Of a stretch of 64,000 nt of DNA, positions 39,006-52,174 are shown piece by piece. The notes beneath the pieces are model-generated. The model had not been told where the DNA came from. It searched no databases and was given only the letters and a program-made list of their open reading frames with translations. Numbering within the stretch: position 1 is the first letter of the stretch; each line of letters opens with the position of its first letter. The position numbers were made by a program, and so were the translations under genes. The stretch is from Dipteris shenzhenensis (Eukaryota): assembly GCA_047967505.1 (NCBI GenBank), contig CM106538.1; one strand, given 5' to 3'.

Positions 39006-41244
39006 TGTGGGAAAAACTGCATGAAGACAGGTGAAGGAAGCATGAAAAGTATAACCAAAACAATGAGCAAGCACTACAAAATGAATGCAAACCAAGTACA
39101 AATCTATTTTAAATCAATTAGAGGGGCCTTAGCTTGTTATAAATAGCTATAGGTACAAAACCGTGCTCATGCAATAACCATTGCATGTGCTTGCTTCAAC
39201 CAAATTTGCAAACCTCTATCAGAGCAACAAGACTCAACTTGTAGTAGGTAAGAAAAAGAGTGAGCAATAGAGTGAGACTATTATACTTAGACTCGTCAAT
39301 TAAATACTCTAGGACCTCCAATTCACCTTGGCATTTGGTGAACCAACCTCCCAAAATCCTTTTGGAATCTATTGCCATCATGAACCTAGATTGGACCACC
39401 TACTAACTTCTCATTACGTGACTTGTCCATCGGAATATCCACCACTTGGCCCTCGATGGTCCAATCCAATTGCCTAGTCATTAGAACGTAGGTTGTGTGC
39501 TTATTGACTCAGAGTCAACATTTTGCCTTGACTTAGCCAAATGTTTCTAAAACAGCTGAGTGGCAAGTGGTTGTCCTCTTAGAAAAATGGGTGGGGATGA
39601 GGTGGAGGATATGTGGAGGGACCTAGTAAATACGGGGCCAATAGATCCTTGGTAGCTTAAGTTGGTATTGGTGGCCAAGGATATAAGGTATTGATGCCCA
39701 CTAGTACTTCATTAGGATGGATTCACCACTCTTCTTTCCACTGCTTGATCACTTGGACCGGATTAGTTCCTACAATATCCAAATGCACAAATTTATACTT
39801 ATACCATTTATGTTGCACTTGTGGTTTGGTGGTTTTTTGTTGCACTTGTGGTTCGATTCATTTGTTGATTGGGCTACAATAGATCCTAGGAGATTGAGCC
39901 ACATTATCATGGCTTCAGTGGCTATGACTAACAATAGCTGTTCGACCAGTTGGAGCAGCTTAGCCAAATAATTTAGCAAGATCAAAGCGGTGTGTCAAGG
40001 AAGATCACGAACTTGTATCATCAAAGCTTGCCACTCTGCCTTGTAGGTTTCTCCCTAGCGCTCTACTTTGGCTTTAACCATGAGGTCAAATTCATGTATG
40101 GCATAATCATGAAAAGAGACCTCAACTAGAAGATAATCTAAAGGGATCACTTGCACGGGTGGCTAATATCTTAGAGGCCAGGAGGCAGATACAACATTTG
40201 GATCACTTGCTTGTGCCGTATCGAGACTATGGTAAGTAACTTTGAAGTCTTCTCTACTAGAAATTTATCATAAGATATCCATTGAAACAAACATAGTTGT
40301 GAATAGGACTTTAGTAGGAATAGGCAATGGCTTAGTAAATGGAACATGAGGCCATGGTAATCTAGGTGAAAAATGAGAATCGATTGTGCAACCTTAAGTA
40401 GATTGAGTGGCTAATGCTGATGTGCCCAACATCGGATGAGCACCCAAGCAAAAGGCCCCATCTTGGCTTAGCAAATGAAGATGACTCTTTGGGACAAGGA
40501 GGCCATCGGTCTGCCATGCAAACCCAATTGATTGTCGCACCCCAATAGTGCCCACAAAGATAATAGATTCCAACACCGCATCTAGCCAAGGAACCAAGAA
40601 GGCAAGCACCCAGTCCACTACCAGTTTGGCACCTCCATTGGATAATGGGCCCATTACTAATGCCATATTGATGCTATAATATGAGCCTCACCCATCTCAG
40701 GTTGCACCTAGCCAAAGTGATTTTCTCCTATGAAGTAAAGTGACAATTAGGAATGAGTATCACCTTCAACGAATTGATGACATTGTGGTGCATGACCATT
40801 CTATGGCGCACAAAGAAGGCATTCTCCACAACAGATCAAGGAGATTTGAAAGCAAGTGGAACTCATGCTCAAGGAGAACACAGTCAAAAATTTGAAAATT
40901 ATGTGGGTGTATGAGTCCATTTTAATGCAACAAGCTGACAATTCATTTGGATTCAAAACTCCAGTAGCAATCGCTCCCATAAACATTAACTCTTAGACAG
41001 TGCAAGGAGCAACCTTTCATGATGTTGATGGGCGGTGGATATGGGTGTAGCAATTTATGCCTTGAATTCTCAGATTGTAGTTGAGCGAGTTCTAAAAAAA
41101 GATGACTTTAGAGTCGAGGTCGATGCCTTTCTCTAGGGGCGTACTTGCTTGTGTGCATCAGTGAGCTTGGCTCCAATGTTCTTGTCATGTCAAGCCTTTC
41201 TTATCCATTGTATAACTTTTTAGGACCACGTTGCTTGGATCCGC

Positions 41245-41872
41245 AAACTTTTCCAAGAAACTATAGTTTCAGAATTCCAATCGCCATATTTAGGCTTCTT
41301 AGCTACATCGAGATTTTGAAATGGACATGTCCACATCTCTTATGCCATACTACGGAAAGTGGCATGGGTTGGCTACTGAGCTGACATGGCATGAAATTTT
41401 GGTCTTGAAGCTGGCATTTTGAACAAGCATCCTTCCTCTTGACTGCTTTTCCTACTAGTTGATTTGTCTCTGATCATGTATTCATCTCCATCAAAGATGA
41501 CTTGATAGTTGTGTTCTATCATTTGTCCAACTCACAAGAGATTCTTGCTGAGCTTTGGAACATAGAGTACATCTTTCACTAATCCTTTCATCCAAATGAA
41601 ATTGTTCATCAGGACACTGCCGTTCCCTTGAATTGGATTTGGCTTGTTATCTATAGTGTAGATAACATTCTTTGGTCCTTCTAATGGTTTCATCTCTGTG
41701 AGCCATTGTTGATGCTTTGTCATGTGCGATGATGTACCGCTATCAATGTACCAAGGATCTTGATTTGCTTGATCAACTTGATAACTACATTCCCTTTTTG
41801 AATTGCAATCAATGTCAAGATACACTGTTTTAGTCTTTTGCATATCCTCACTTGCAAGATACATATTTTTAG
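41245..41872 (-). pseudogene. Protease and GAG-pre-integrase fragment closely related to the copia at 51906-59383
   Basis: QVDQANQDPWYIDSGTSSHMT...EMKPLEGPKNVIYT...KGLVKDVLYVPKLSKNLL matches 55860-56495. Confidence 0.9.
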
Positions 41873-44800
41873 GTGTGATGATCAAATCGTCAACATAAAT
41901 GACAAGCAACATAATACCTTTCTCTGTTTTCCACACATAAAGTGAGAAATCTGCCTTGGAAATCTGAAAGTCAATAGTGACAAGATACTATCCTATCTTG
42001 TTAGACCATGCTCTAGGTGCTTGCTTCAAGCCATACAAGGCTTTCTTCAACCTGCAAGCAAACTCAGGATGAATAGCATGAACATAACCTGGTGGCTGCT
42101 CCATATAGACCTCTTCTTGCAAATCACCATACAAGAAGGCATTTTTTACATCCATCTGATGTAAAGACCATCCCCCATAGCAATGACTACTCTTATGGTT
42201 GCCATCCTTGCAATCGGACTGAATGTTTCTTCATAATCAATGCCATATGTCTGTGCATACCCCTTGACAACTAATCTTGCCTTGTATCTGTTCATAGAAC
42301 CATCTGCATTGTGCTTCACCTTATAAACCCACTTGCAGCCAATTGCATTCTTGTCTTTAGGCAAAGTCACCAATTTCCATGTAGCATTTTCTTCCAAGGC
42401 ATCCATTTCTTCATCCATGGCTTTCTCCCATTTTTATTTTCTCATGGCTTGCTCAAAAGAAGTGGGTTCTGGTTCATGTATCACTTTGACCATATAGGCA
42501 TAGTGAATGGTTGTAAATCCATCATATTTTAGCCTATCCATAGGATACCTAGCTCTGGTAGACCTGTGCAAAATAGGCTCACTACCAGGTGCTCACAAAA
42601 CATCCCTTGTCTTCCTTACTCCAGGTGTAATAATAGAAGGAATACCCAACTCATCATCAATGCTCTGTTTTGAGCCACTGAATTCACCATCCACATTAGA
42701 GTGACCTGCATTCACATCAACCATGGGCTGATATAGTTTCTCTTTTCCTTTCATGATACTTGCATACCACTATCTGCATTGCTTTGAGGAGATCCTCTTG
42801 ATCTCAATCTGCTTGTCCATGGTGAAGTATGTAAACCACTCCTAGAGGACACTATAGGTCCACTAATATTTTGTGATTGTTGCTGTGAATTCTATGCAGC
42901 ATTACCATTTTGTGCTTCTACATCATCAATCACATTTATTGGTTTATACCAGCTACTCATCTCATTAAAAAAAACATCTTTGCTCACTGTAAACTTACGA
43001 GTAGAAGGGTTATGGCATCTATACCCTTTTTGCTACAGAGAATAACCAATAAAGATGCACTTCTCAGCTTTTGGATCCAACTTGGATCTCAACTCATCTG
43101 GCACATGAACATAGGCAATGAAACCAAAAACTTTCAAATGAGAAATATCTGGTTTCCTACCAGTATACCTCTCCTTTGGGGTCATCCAATGTATTGCTAC
43201 AGTGGGAGTCTTGTTCATTATGTAGACTACTGTAGCACTTGATTCAGCCCAATAATAATCTGGCATGTCTTTTTCGTTGAGCATGGCACGAGATACCTCT
43301 CCAATATGCTTGCTTTTCCTTTCTGCAAGTCCATTTTGTTGTGGGGTATGATTGCATGAATATTGCTGCTTTATGCCATGCTCCTACAGAAAACTTGCAA
43401 ACTTATTTTAGACGTACTCTCCCCCTCCATCTGACCTTAGGCATTTTATTTGCAGGCCTGTTTCTTTCTTAACCATAGATTTAAAAGCTTTGAAATGCCC
43501 AAACACTTCACTTTTCTTTTTCATAAAATACGCCCAAACTTTCTGCTGTAGTCATCAATAAAAGTGGCAAAATAATGACATCCTTCAATAGATGCAGCTT
43601 TAGTAGTCCACACATCAGAGTGGATTAATTCCAATGGCCTCTTACTGTCTTGAACATGTCTAGGAAATGGTTTCCTTGCCTGTTTTCCAAATTGACAGGC
43701 TTCACATACCTTATGCATTTCTGCAACCTTGAACTTAGGCAATCCTACAACAATATTTTGGGCCTGCATTAATTTAACTCACTGTACATTAACATGACCA
43801 ATGCATTTATGCCAGATATCAATATCTACAACTACACTGGTCCCATGTGCAAACATTGCTGCACTCAATTCAAGCATGTCCGCATCCAATGTAAACATCC
43901 TACCCTTCTTCTTCCCTTTTGTTATCAAGCGACCTTTATTTTTCATATCCTCAACAAAGCATTCATGAGGATTAAATCTGACCTGCAAGCCTTGCTCAAC
44001 CATTTGACCAATAGAAACCAAGTTCTTGGTGATATTCGGGACATGAAATACATTAGATAGGTATTTCTTTTTTCCATCCTACATAGACAAAGGAATTTTA
44101 CCAATCTACACAATAGGATGTGCAATATCATCACCAGTGTCCACAAATCCTAGTCTTTCCATTTTCCTTGCATCCTGCATCCATTCTACATGACCTGTGA
44201 TGTGGTTTGATGCACCTGAGTCAACATATCACACATCATTACTTTCTTTTGCACTTGTCATAGAATTGGTCATGTGTTGCACCATAAACAGATGCTCATT
44301 TCTGTCATCACCCTGTCTACTAGAGGATGCATAATTGCCTTGCTACAGTCTTCAAGTCATGATGTCATTCTGCTTTTTATAGCAGTCTTTAACCATATGA
44401 CCCATTTTACCATAGTAGTAGCATTCAACATTGCTGTTGCGTTTTGGCCTCTCTACCATCCACCACAACCTCTTTGTCCCCCTGCCTCTAAAGTTACCAT
44501 GTCCTCCTCCATAGGCCTGTTTTTCTTGAATTTGTTGCATATTCTGATTTCTATTACAGTGTCCAAATTGGCTTGCTCTACCTGTGCCTCTACCTCTTCT
44601 AGCATTCGAGTAGAAGATGGCTTCTTTTGAAGTTCCTCCTGAAGAAGATGCACCACCATTTCTCTGCTCTTCATAAATTAGAATAGCAATCAACTCCTCA
44701 AAATCAGGAAAATTCTCACGGATGGCAATGGATGTCCGGAATTGTGCATAATCCTTTCCTAGACCATTCAAGGTCACAGAAACTAAATCATCATCTTCCA

Positions 44801-46117
44801 CTGGCGACCCAATAGAAGCAAGTGCATCTACATTCTTCTTCACCTTCATGTGGTAGTCATTGATGCTCATATTTTCTCTCTGCACATTATGCAACTTTTG
44901 CTTGAGCTACATTTTCCTGACTTGCGTATTTGTGCTATACATTTTTGTCAAAGTATCCAGGGATTTGAAGGCTAGCATGAGAGAGCCAGAAAAGCTATGT
45001 ACTGGCTGTCTATCAATATTTCAGATTCTATGATTGTGCGTATTCAGGATGCAAGCACACCGAAGGAGGCATGGCAACTCCTATTGATTGGGAACATTAG
45101 GAATAACTGGTTCTTATTCAGCTCTAGTAATGAACTCCCAATAGCATTTTTCCTTAAGGAAATTTGTCATTCTAAACTTCCATGTTTGGAAGTTGTTCTT
45201 GTTAAGCTTTTCAGTGACAATCTGTGAAAGAGCATCAGACGCCTTTACAGAACACTGCAAAATATTCTATCACTGCAAAAAAAAACACAACTTCTGCCTC
45301 ACAAGGGCAAATCTACAAAATTGACGAGAGTGGTATTTGACCACACAGTCACTTCCAAGTGATGATTATGCATTAATAGGCAATACGAATGATTCTGTCA
45401 CTCCCAATATCTCTGCGCACAAGCATACAATGTAATTTATGCGATATCTTTTCACTGACCTGTAGAACAATGGTCACACAGCAAAAACAGGGCACTTTCT
45501 TGAGTGCCTACAAAAAACTTTTGCCACCAAAACGGGCCCCGAAATAGCCTCAAAATGGCCCCGTAGCATATATTTCCCTTTTGCCACACCGCGAAGGGTG
45601 TCCCAATTTGAGACAGTGCACTCTTGCACTTTCTGGCTATGCTACCTATAGAGATTTGCTCCCAAACTCAAAAAAAAGGAAAGCAACACTGATCCTCTTA
45701 CTAGGACACCACAAACTTGGTTTGCTTTCTTGAGCTCCTTACCACAAACCAAGCTCTGATACCATGTAAAGAGTGTGGTAGAGAAGGAAGGAGTCTCACT
45801 TGCAGCTTTCTCACATACACAATGGGGGAATATACACAAAGGTGGAGGCTGAAAATAGTTTTCCTCTTCTTACTTGTGAAAGCCAAAAGAACTCTAAGTA
45901 CAAAAGAATAGGTGAACCCTATATGTGGGTCTCAAACCAAACTCAGCTAACTAAGGTGGCATACTAACTGAGCCACTAACTAGAGTACATAAAGATAGCT
46001 CTCATCCAGCTATTATTCATGGGTGGTGTACCAACCGCATCTGTAGCTAACAAGTCAGTGACATAAATGCACAACGGTCACCTTGGCATATCACAAGTGG
46101 AGCTCGATATCTCAACA
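41873..46117 (-). mobile_element. 3'-truncated Ty1/copia: 5' LTR 45765-46117, PBS 45753-45764, gag-PR-IN-partial RT
   Basis: Minus strand TGTTGAG...TTTACA then TGGTATCAGAGC; CYYYGKMGHMVKDC, CEACQFGKQ, FIDDYSRK, YKARLVVKGY, YVDDLII. Confidence 0.93.
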
Positions 46118-46939
46118 AGATCTGCCTAGAGACCACTATTGTACTACATGGCTCCAAATGTGGGAGGAAGAAGAAGTACAATGCCCCTCTAGAAGAGAAT
46201 CGATTGCACATGATCTACCACAACTATAGGAAACCCTACTAAATAAACATCTCTTGCTAGCATAAAAACATTACAAGAATGAGCATAAAAATGACTTTAT
46301 AGTTATTCAGACAGTAAAGCAATTCTTGTCTCAACCAAAACCGTTGTGACCACTTGATTCAAGTTTTCCTTCTGCATAGGAATCAAGTCAACTTTTTGAA
46401 TGCATGTGGCATGAGATCATAGCAACTACATTCTTTAAAGGAACCTACTATCTAGCCTTTGAAAAGAGCTAAATTAGTGCCTAAGAAGATCAAAGTGGTG
46501 ATGAGTGAAGAGGTCTCTGTGGGTAGTCCATGAGGAGTATTTCAATATCTGTAAAAAAAGGGAAATGGATTATTCTACATATTGGATGAGAATGTGAATG
46601 CAAAGGGAAGATTATATCGCATGAGATAGGAGAAATATGTTCAAAACACACAATTAAGAAGAAGTTTTTCTTGGTGTAGTCTTGTGGTGACCCTTAGTAA
46701 CCTCTCAACTAAAGGGCATTTGATTTTACTTAATGATGTCAATGCTCAGTTTCACATCATAGTCGTAACTAGATAAGATCAAACACAAGCCACTATATCT
46801 GTAGTGGTGGATACATGATGACCAATGATGTGAGTGCATCTTGAACACTATATCCTATAGAGGCCCTTTGGTCTTTCAAAGGCTAAAATTTCTTTCTTTC
46901 TATCTTTCTCACTCATCATTTGTTGTAGCTTTTTGCTAT

Positions 46940-47343
46940 ATACTTAAGCATGGGATAAGAGCACTAGCTTGCATAATATATTGGAGATAGCACCTGATCC
47001 TCTATGCTAACAAAGATAAGACCTATACTAACTTGCTAGAACTTTCTCCCTGACTTAGTGGTAATACATCTCAATGTGCTTCATTCTAGCATGATAGACT
47101 CATTGTTTGCCGAATGTATGCTACTAATGTTGTCACAACAATAGACAAATAGACCCATCCATAGATTGATGAATATCTGTACGTAGCTTTGTAACCAAAA
47201 ACTTCACATGCGACCATAGCTGCAACCCTATACTCTACCTCAATTCTCAACAAGGCAATTGTAGTATACTTCTTGCTACTCCAACTAATTGCAACACTCT
47301 TAACAAAAAACATGGAAAATCCTACTAAAAATAGCAATATCAA
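46940..47343 (-). pseudogene. Copia RNase H remnant
   Basis: AISWSSKKYTTIALLRIEVEYRVAAMVACE. Confidence 0.7.
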
Positions 47344-47344
47344 A

Positions 47345-47820
47345 CATGTGGTTCCATTGCCACTTTGGATGTCTAGTTTACCGACTTCATATTGAGAGCG
47401 GATGAGCTGAGGGGATACCTAGGGAGAGACACATATGCATGTTATGTGATCGATAGTAGGTGGAGCTAGAGGAGCACTTCACCTTCAGATGCCCCGTGTA
47501 CTACAAGATCCGCGGTCCAATACCATTGCCTTTTTAGGGATGGTTTTGGGCCATTATCTAGACTTCTCTCATACCCAGACCAGGGATGCATGGACCAGAG
47601 CCAGCCAGCCTTGATGGTGATTGACTTGAAGATGAGGAGGATGATGATGTTAATGATGACGATGATGCCATTATTGAGGATATGACTATATACTACTTAG
47701 CATTCAGTATGGGTGATGATGCTCGTTAAGTAGCTCCACCCTTTTTGCTTGTTGTATCAGTTTTCTATCAATTTAATAGACCCATCAGTCTTCCGAAGAC
47801 TTTAATAAACTTTATTTCTT

Positions 47821-47883
<63 letters not shown>
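47345..47883 (+). mobile_element. 3' end of a 5'-truncated LINE with (CT)n tail
   Basis: RLHIESG...ICMLCD...EEHFTFRCPVYYKIR, the C-terminal CCHC region of non-LTR ORF2; AATAAA at about 47803; microsatellite follows. Confidence 0.75.
47824..47883. repeat. (CT)n microsatellite, about 30 units
   Basis: Directly visible perfect run. Confidence 0.99.
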
Positions 47884-47889
<6 letters not shown>

Positions 47890-48289
47890 CAATTTCTTAC
47901 TACTGCCCCTTGCTTTGATCATTTGCTACCCTCCCACGGTGTTGTGGCTGGAAGAGCTGGGTCAACTCTCTCTCTGCACAATTGGTTCGACTCTCTTGGC
48001 TATCGGCTGATTCTAGAGTTGCTACTGCTCTAGGGGCCCGGGCAGAGGATAGGATCACCTTTAGAGGTTTCTACTTCCATGGATAGTTTGAGCAGCTAAT
48101 TCCTAGATGCTTCTGAACATGGGTACATTTTCCCATTGAAGCTGGTCTATTTTTAAAGCTTCTTGTCTCTTCATTATGATTCAAATTTCTCTCTTGGTCA
48201 ATTTGGGTTGTGAATAGACACCCAGACACAGAGGGTGTGCAGAAATTGGAACCAAAGGGTTAATTCTATGATTTTCATATCACCTTGAG

Positions 48290-49460
48290 GTCACTTATGC
48301 ATTTTGGGATTTGTGATGTTGCTTTGTTGCCCTGAGAGGATGAACACTTAATTTTTGGGGCTACGAAGTGGGGACACACGGAACTCAGCCTGAATGATGT
48401 GATGTGGCACTGATGGCTTGCCTTGGATCATCTATGAGAGCAAGAGGATCTATAGTCGCTCTAATCAATCCCACTTTGTGTCTGAGAGATACCCCCCCCA
48501 ACAAGGGCTGCCATACATGCCTACTGGTCGAACCAAGGAATCAAAGAAAAGAGCCTTGGTCTGAGGGTCCTGAAAATGTGAGTGGAAGCACTGTCTCTCC
48601 AAGCGAGCAAGTGAGGCATACCCCCTACTCAAACGGGCCTACATCGCTGGTCTCATCTCATGAAAATTAGGCCAGAGAAGATGACACCCAGGTAGGTATA
48701 TAAGGAGACGATCTCGACCGATGATCCATCAAATGTGAGCTACTCTCTACGCATGATAGCTTAAGATGTGTTGAAGATCATAACCTTGGTCTTGCCAAGG
48801 TTGACTCACAAAAAACTTGTAGTGCATCCAAATGTCATTGGAGGCCCTCAACAGATGAGGACATCAGAACCACGTCATCTGCGTATAAGGGAATTTGAAT
48901 CAGTGTGTTAGCAAGAGGGCAACCGGCCCCCCCTAGTGATCCCATGAAGGCCTTTAGCTCATCTATGTAGAGGCCAAACAAGGTTGGTGGCAATAGGCAA
49001 CCTTGTTTGACTCCAATGGTGCTCATAATCTCCTCTGTCCATCTGGCACCTATCTGAACTCTGCCTAAGAATCTCTCATACAGTGCCATAACAACCCATA
49101 TGATCCCCTGGTCATACCCCAGTGTCTGCAAGCATGTGATGAGGCATGCTCGTGTGATCCATGGTCTTGTGGTCATGTCGAAGTCCTGCTTGGCCCTCGG
49201 CCCTAAGCCTCTGCATCTTTGTGAACCTACTGATCTCCATGTCGAGTACTGATGCATAGATCTTGGACATGACATGCCCAATCATAATGGTCCTGTAGTT
49301 TTTCGGGCTCATGGGATCTCTTGCCTTATGAATGGGTGTGATGGTGTTAAGGGTCGACGTGTGTGGGAAGCCAAGGCAAATAAACCTTTACGAGGATCGG
49401 GGCTAGGATGTCGATCCCATATGCAATAAACTCAGTGCATAGCTCAACCACATCCTGTAA
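48290..49460 (-). pseudogene. LINE reverse transcriptase fragment
   Basis: PKNYRTIMIG, EGQAGLR, IGVKQGCLLPPTLFGLYIDEL, LYADDVVL, YTYLGV. Confidence 0.9.
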
Positions 49461-49479
49461 CTTCCACTCTTTTCTTTTA

Positions 49480-49930
49480 GCAAATTATACTGCTTCATCA
49501 AAAGACACCCTCTCCCTCTTCAAAACATACCTGCAAAACTGAGGTAACAAAGCATCCACAAAGTACTTTACTTAAAAAGTTCCAAAGCACCAGCATTCTA
49601 AATAGGAAGGGCATCCAAGAACTTTGTCCATAACTCCTCGAGTCTAAGTGTCATTTGGAACACATGCTCTCCTTCTAACTGCCTTAAACCCTCAATCTAC
49701 TGCAAAATGGTAGAAGGAGACACAGTCACATTGAACTGCTCGACTAAGGCACTTGATAAGGCATCCCAACAACTCTTGACTGTCAGAGGCAAAGACTTGT
49801 ACCACATAAGTGCAGTGCCCTCAAGAAAGTCATCTAAGATATCAGCCCACTCTAGGCCGCTTGTACAAGACACATGCACATCGAAACACCCACAAATAGC
49901 CCTTAGGGTCCTCTCCCTTGGATCCATAGA
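49480..49930 (-). pseudogene. Gypsy gag remnant
   Basis: FLEGTALMWYKSLP...WDALSSALVEQF. Confidence 0.65.
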
Positions 49931-50759
49931 ACATGAATAGCTCCATCAAAGCAACCCATATAATGATCACCTAGAAAAACACATGCAAACCAAACACCAA
50001 ACTGTCCACAAGGCATGTATAAACTGTAGTCTTTCACCCATGCATTAGTTCATCATCTACATCGCTCGTTAGAAACATGGTTAAACAGTCTCAGAAACTT
50101 CTAATAGTAGTCCAACCCGCTCATAAACATGCAAATTTGCTGTGTCAACCCTTGACTTCATAGTGTTTTTCAAAATGAATAAAGTGTCATTGCATGTCTC
50201 TGACTGCCTCCTCCAGTAGTCACCACATCAAAGGGGGAACATCTTGCATAGAACCCTAGTCAAACACTGCAAAACTTAGCTAGAAAAGCACACCACACAC
50301 TTTTATTTTTTTGCTATTTCTCACAAATCTCCCAACCTACAATCATCCACAAAATTCCCACCGTCCTTTTTTCAACCAAATATTCAAAGCCATTATCCCA
50401 TCTCATCTTTATTAGACACTCTTTTTTATCGCCCCCTCTGCCAACTACAATTTCTTATTATTCAAGCATAGATTCCCATATCGCCCATGGCGTCCCTCCC
50501 ACAGAGATGGCTTCTCCAAGCTCACTTTGAGTCACCAAAAAATGTCACCTCATGAGACCTCCCCTTATACCTTTGTACCACCACCATAGTGCCACCAACA
50601 AATAGTATCTTGGTCAGTATCTTAGTGCCTTTTTGTACAATCATGATTGCTCATGCAATGTCTAATCTTTCTTTCTATGTCCTTCCTCTTATCTCAACCC
50701 AACGTAACGTCAAACACTTACTGGATTCTTTAACCTCCCATTTAAGCCAATCCTTTCTC

Positions 50760-51680
50760 ATGGTATTCTCCAAAAGGGAAAGCAAAAGACTTCAAGGAAG
50801 ATGGAACAACAGAGTAAAAATTGAGACCTTCCATGGGGCTCCGTATAGGCTCAAAGCTTTAACTTTCGTTCAACAGTTTGATGCAGCCTTTTTAGGAGGA
50901 AACTTCACTAAATATTCAAAGATGTGTAAGGCAACCACCTTTATGAAAGGGAATGCCTTACAGTGATGGACAAATTTGCTACTTCATAATAGAGCACCAA
51001 CTAGCTGGGTAAAATTTAAACAATTATTCTTAGCTACCTGGCTAACCATCACATTTGAGGTCGATGTTATGACAACATGGCATAAGTTGGATGCAACCAA
51101 CTACCATAACTTGGAGGAGTACAATAAAAACTTTTTGCAAGCTTTATTGCAGGTCAGCTCTTATCGGCACATGCCTTTGTCAGAGTAGATTGAAAAATAT
51201 TGTTCCGGGTTGCTGCAAGAGATTAGAGATTATCGCATGAAGACAAGTGTAGCCAATATGTCCCAATTTATTGAAAATGAAACTAGTGCTGATGCGTTGT
51301 TGCTTTAACAAGAGAGAAAGAAAGCTAGGGAGTGTTTCAAAGGCTCCATTTAATAAGGGGGGAAAGCATGATAAGCCAAGTTCTAACTAGCTATCACATG
51401 AGGAGAGCAAAGCTTTAATGGATGCCATAATTGCTTTCACTGCAAGGAAGAGGGGCACATGCCGTGGGAATGCCCAAAATGCAAACTGCAAGGGAAGGTT
51501 GATGATAGGGATGAGCAGAAAAGCAAGAATCCTAAGCCCACTACAAGATTAATGCCTGATGTAATTGGTGAGTAGCCAAATGGGAATGCTTCAGAGTTAT
51601 GCATGGCATGGGGCAATTTGAGGGATCAAATGGTGTTGATCTTCTTTGATCCAGGGGATCATGGAAATTTTATTTCCCCT
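50760..51680 (+). pseudogene. Gypsy gag-protease remnant
   Basis: MKGNALQ*W, PTSWVKFKQLF, CFHCKEEGHMPWECP, LIFFDPGDHGNFISP. Confidence 0.8.
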
Positions 51681-51905
51681 AAGTGGAAGATGCCTCCACC
51701 CCTCACAATAGGTGGTTCACCTAGCAAGGTAGTGGCAAGCATGATGTGGGCAAACTTTCCCACATTTAACCATGTTAAAGTACAAGTTCAACCTACCATT
51801 CATGCTAGAACTAGTTGATGAAGGTATGGAGGATCTCTGTAGACTAATGGGATTTTGACTTTGACCATGGTGGATCAGAGTTTGAGCTCACATTCATGCA
51901 AGATG

Positions 51906-52162
51906 TGTTGAGAGTTCACGCTCAACATCATGTGATCATGTGTGCATAGCACCATCACGTGATCATATGTGCATAGCACTAACCTTATAGAGTGCTATAA
52001 AGGAAAGGGTTAGATCCCCTAACCCTAACCCTAAAAGGGTTTGTATATATTCTATTTTTTCAACTAATTCTAGTGTACAGTTAGTCATTTGTGGTGTGCT
52101 CTCTAGCTGTGCCCTCTCTCCTCATCTCCACTCTTCTCCTCTCCCCTCTTCATATTTTGTCA
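51906..52162 (+). repeat. 5' LTR
   Basis: TGTTGAG...TTTGTCA, repeat of 59127-59383. Confidence 0.98.
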
Positions 52163-52174
52163 TGGTATCAGAGC
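52163..52174 (+). promoter_or_regulatory. Primer binding site, tRNA-iMet
   Basis: TGGTATCAGAGC abutting the LTR. Confidence 0.97.

Noticed and set aside
39006-41244. Possible further retroelement remnant
   Set aside because: No diagnostic motif or boundary could be supported by eye
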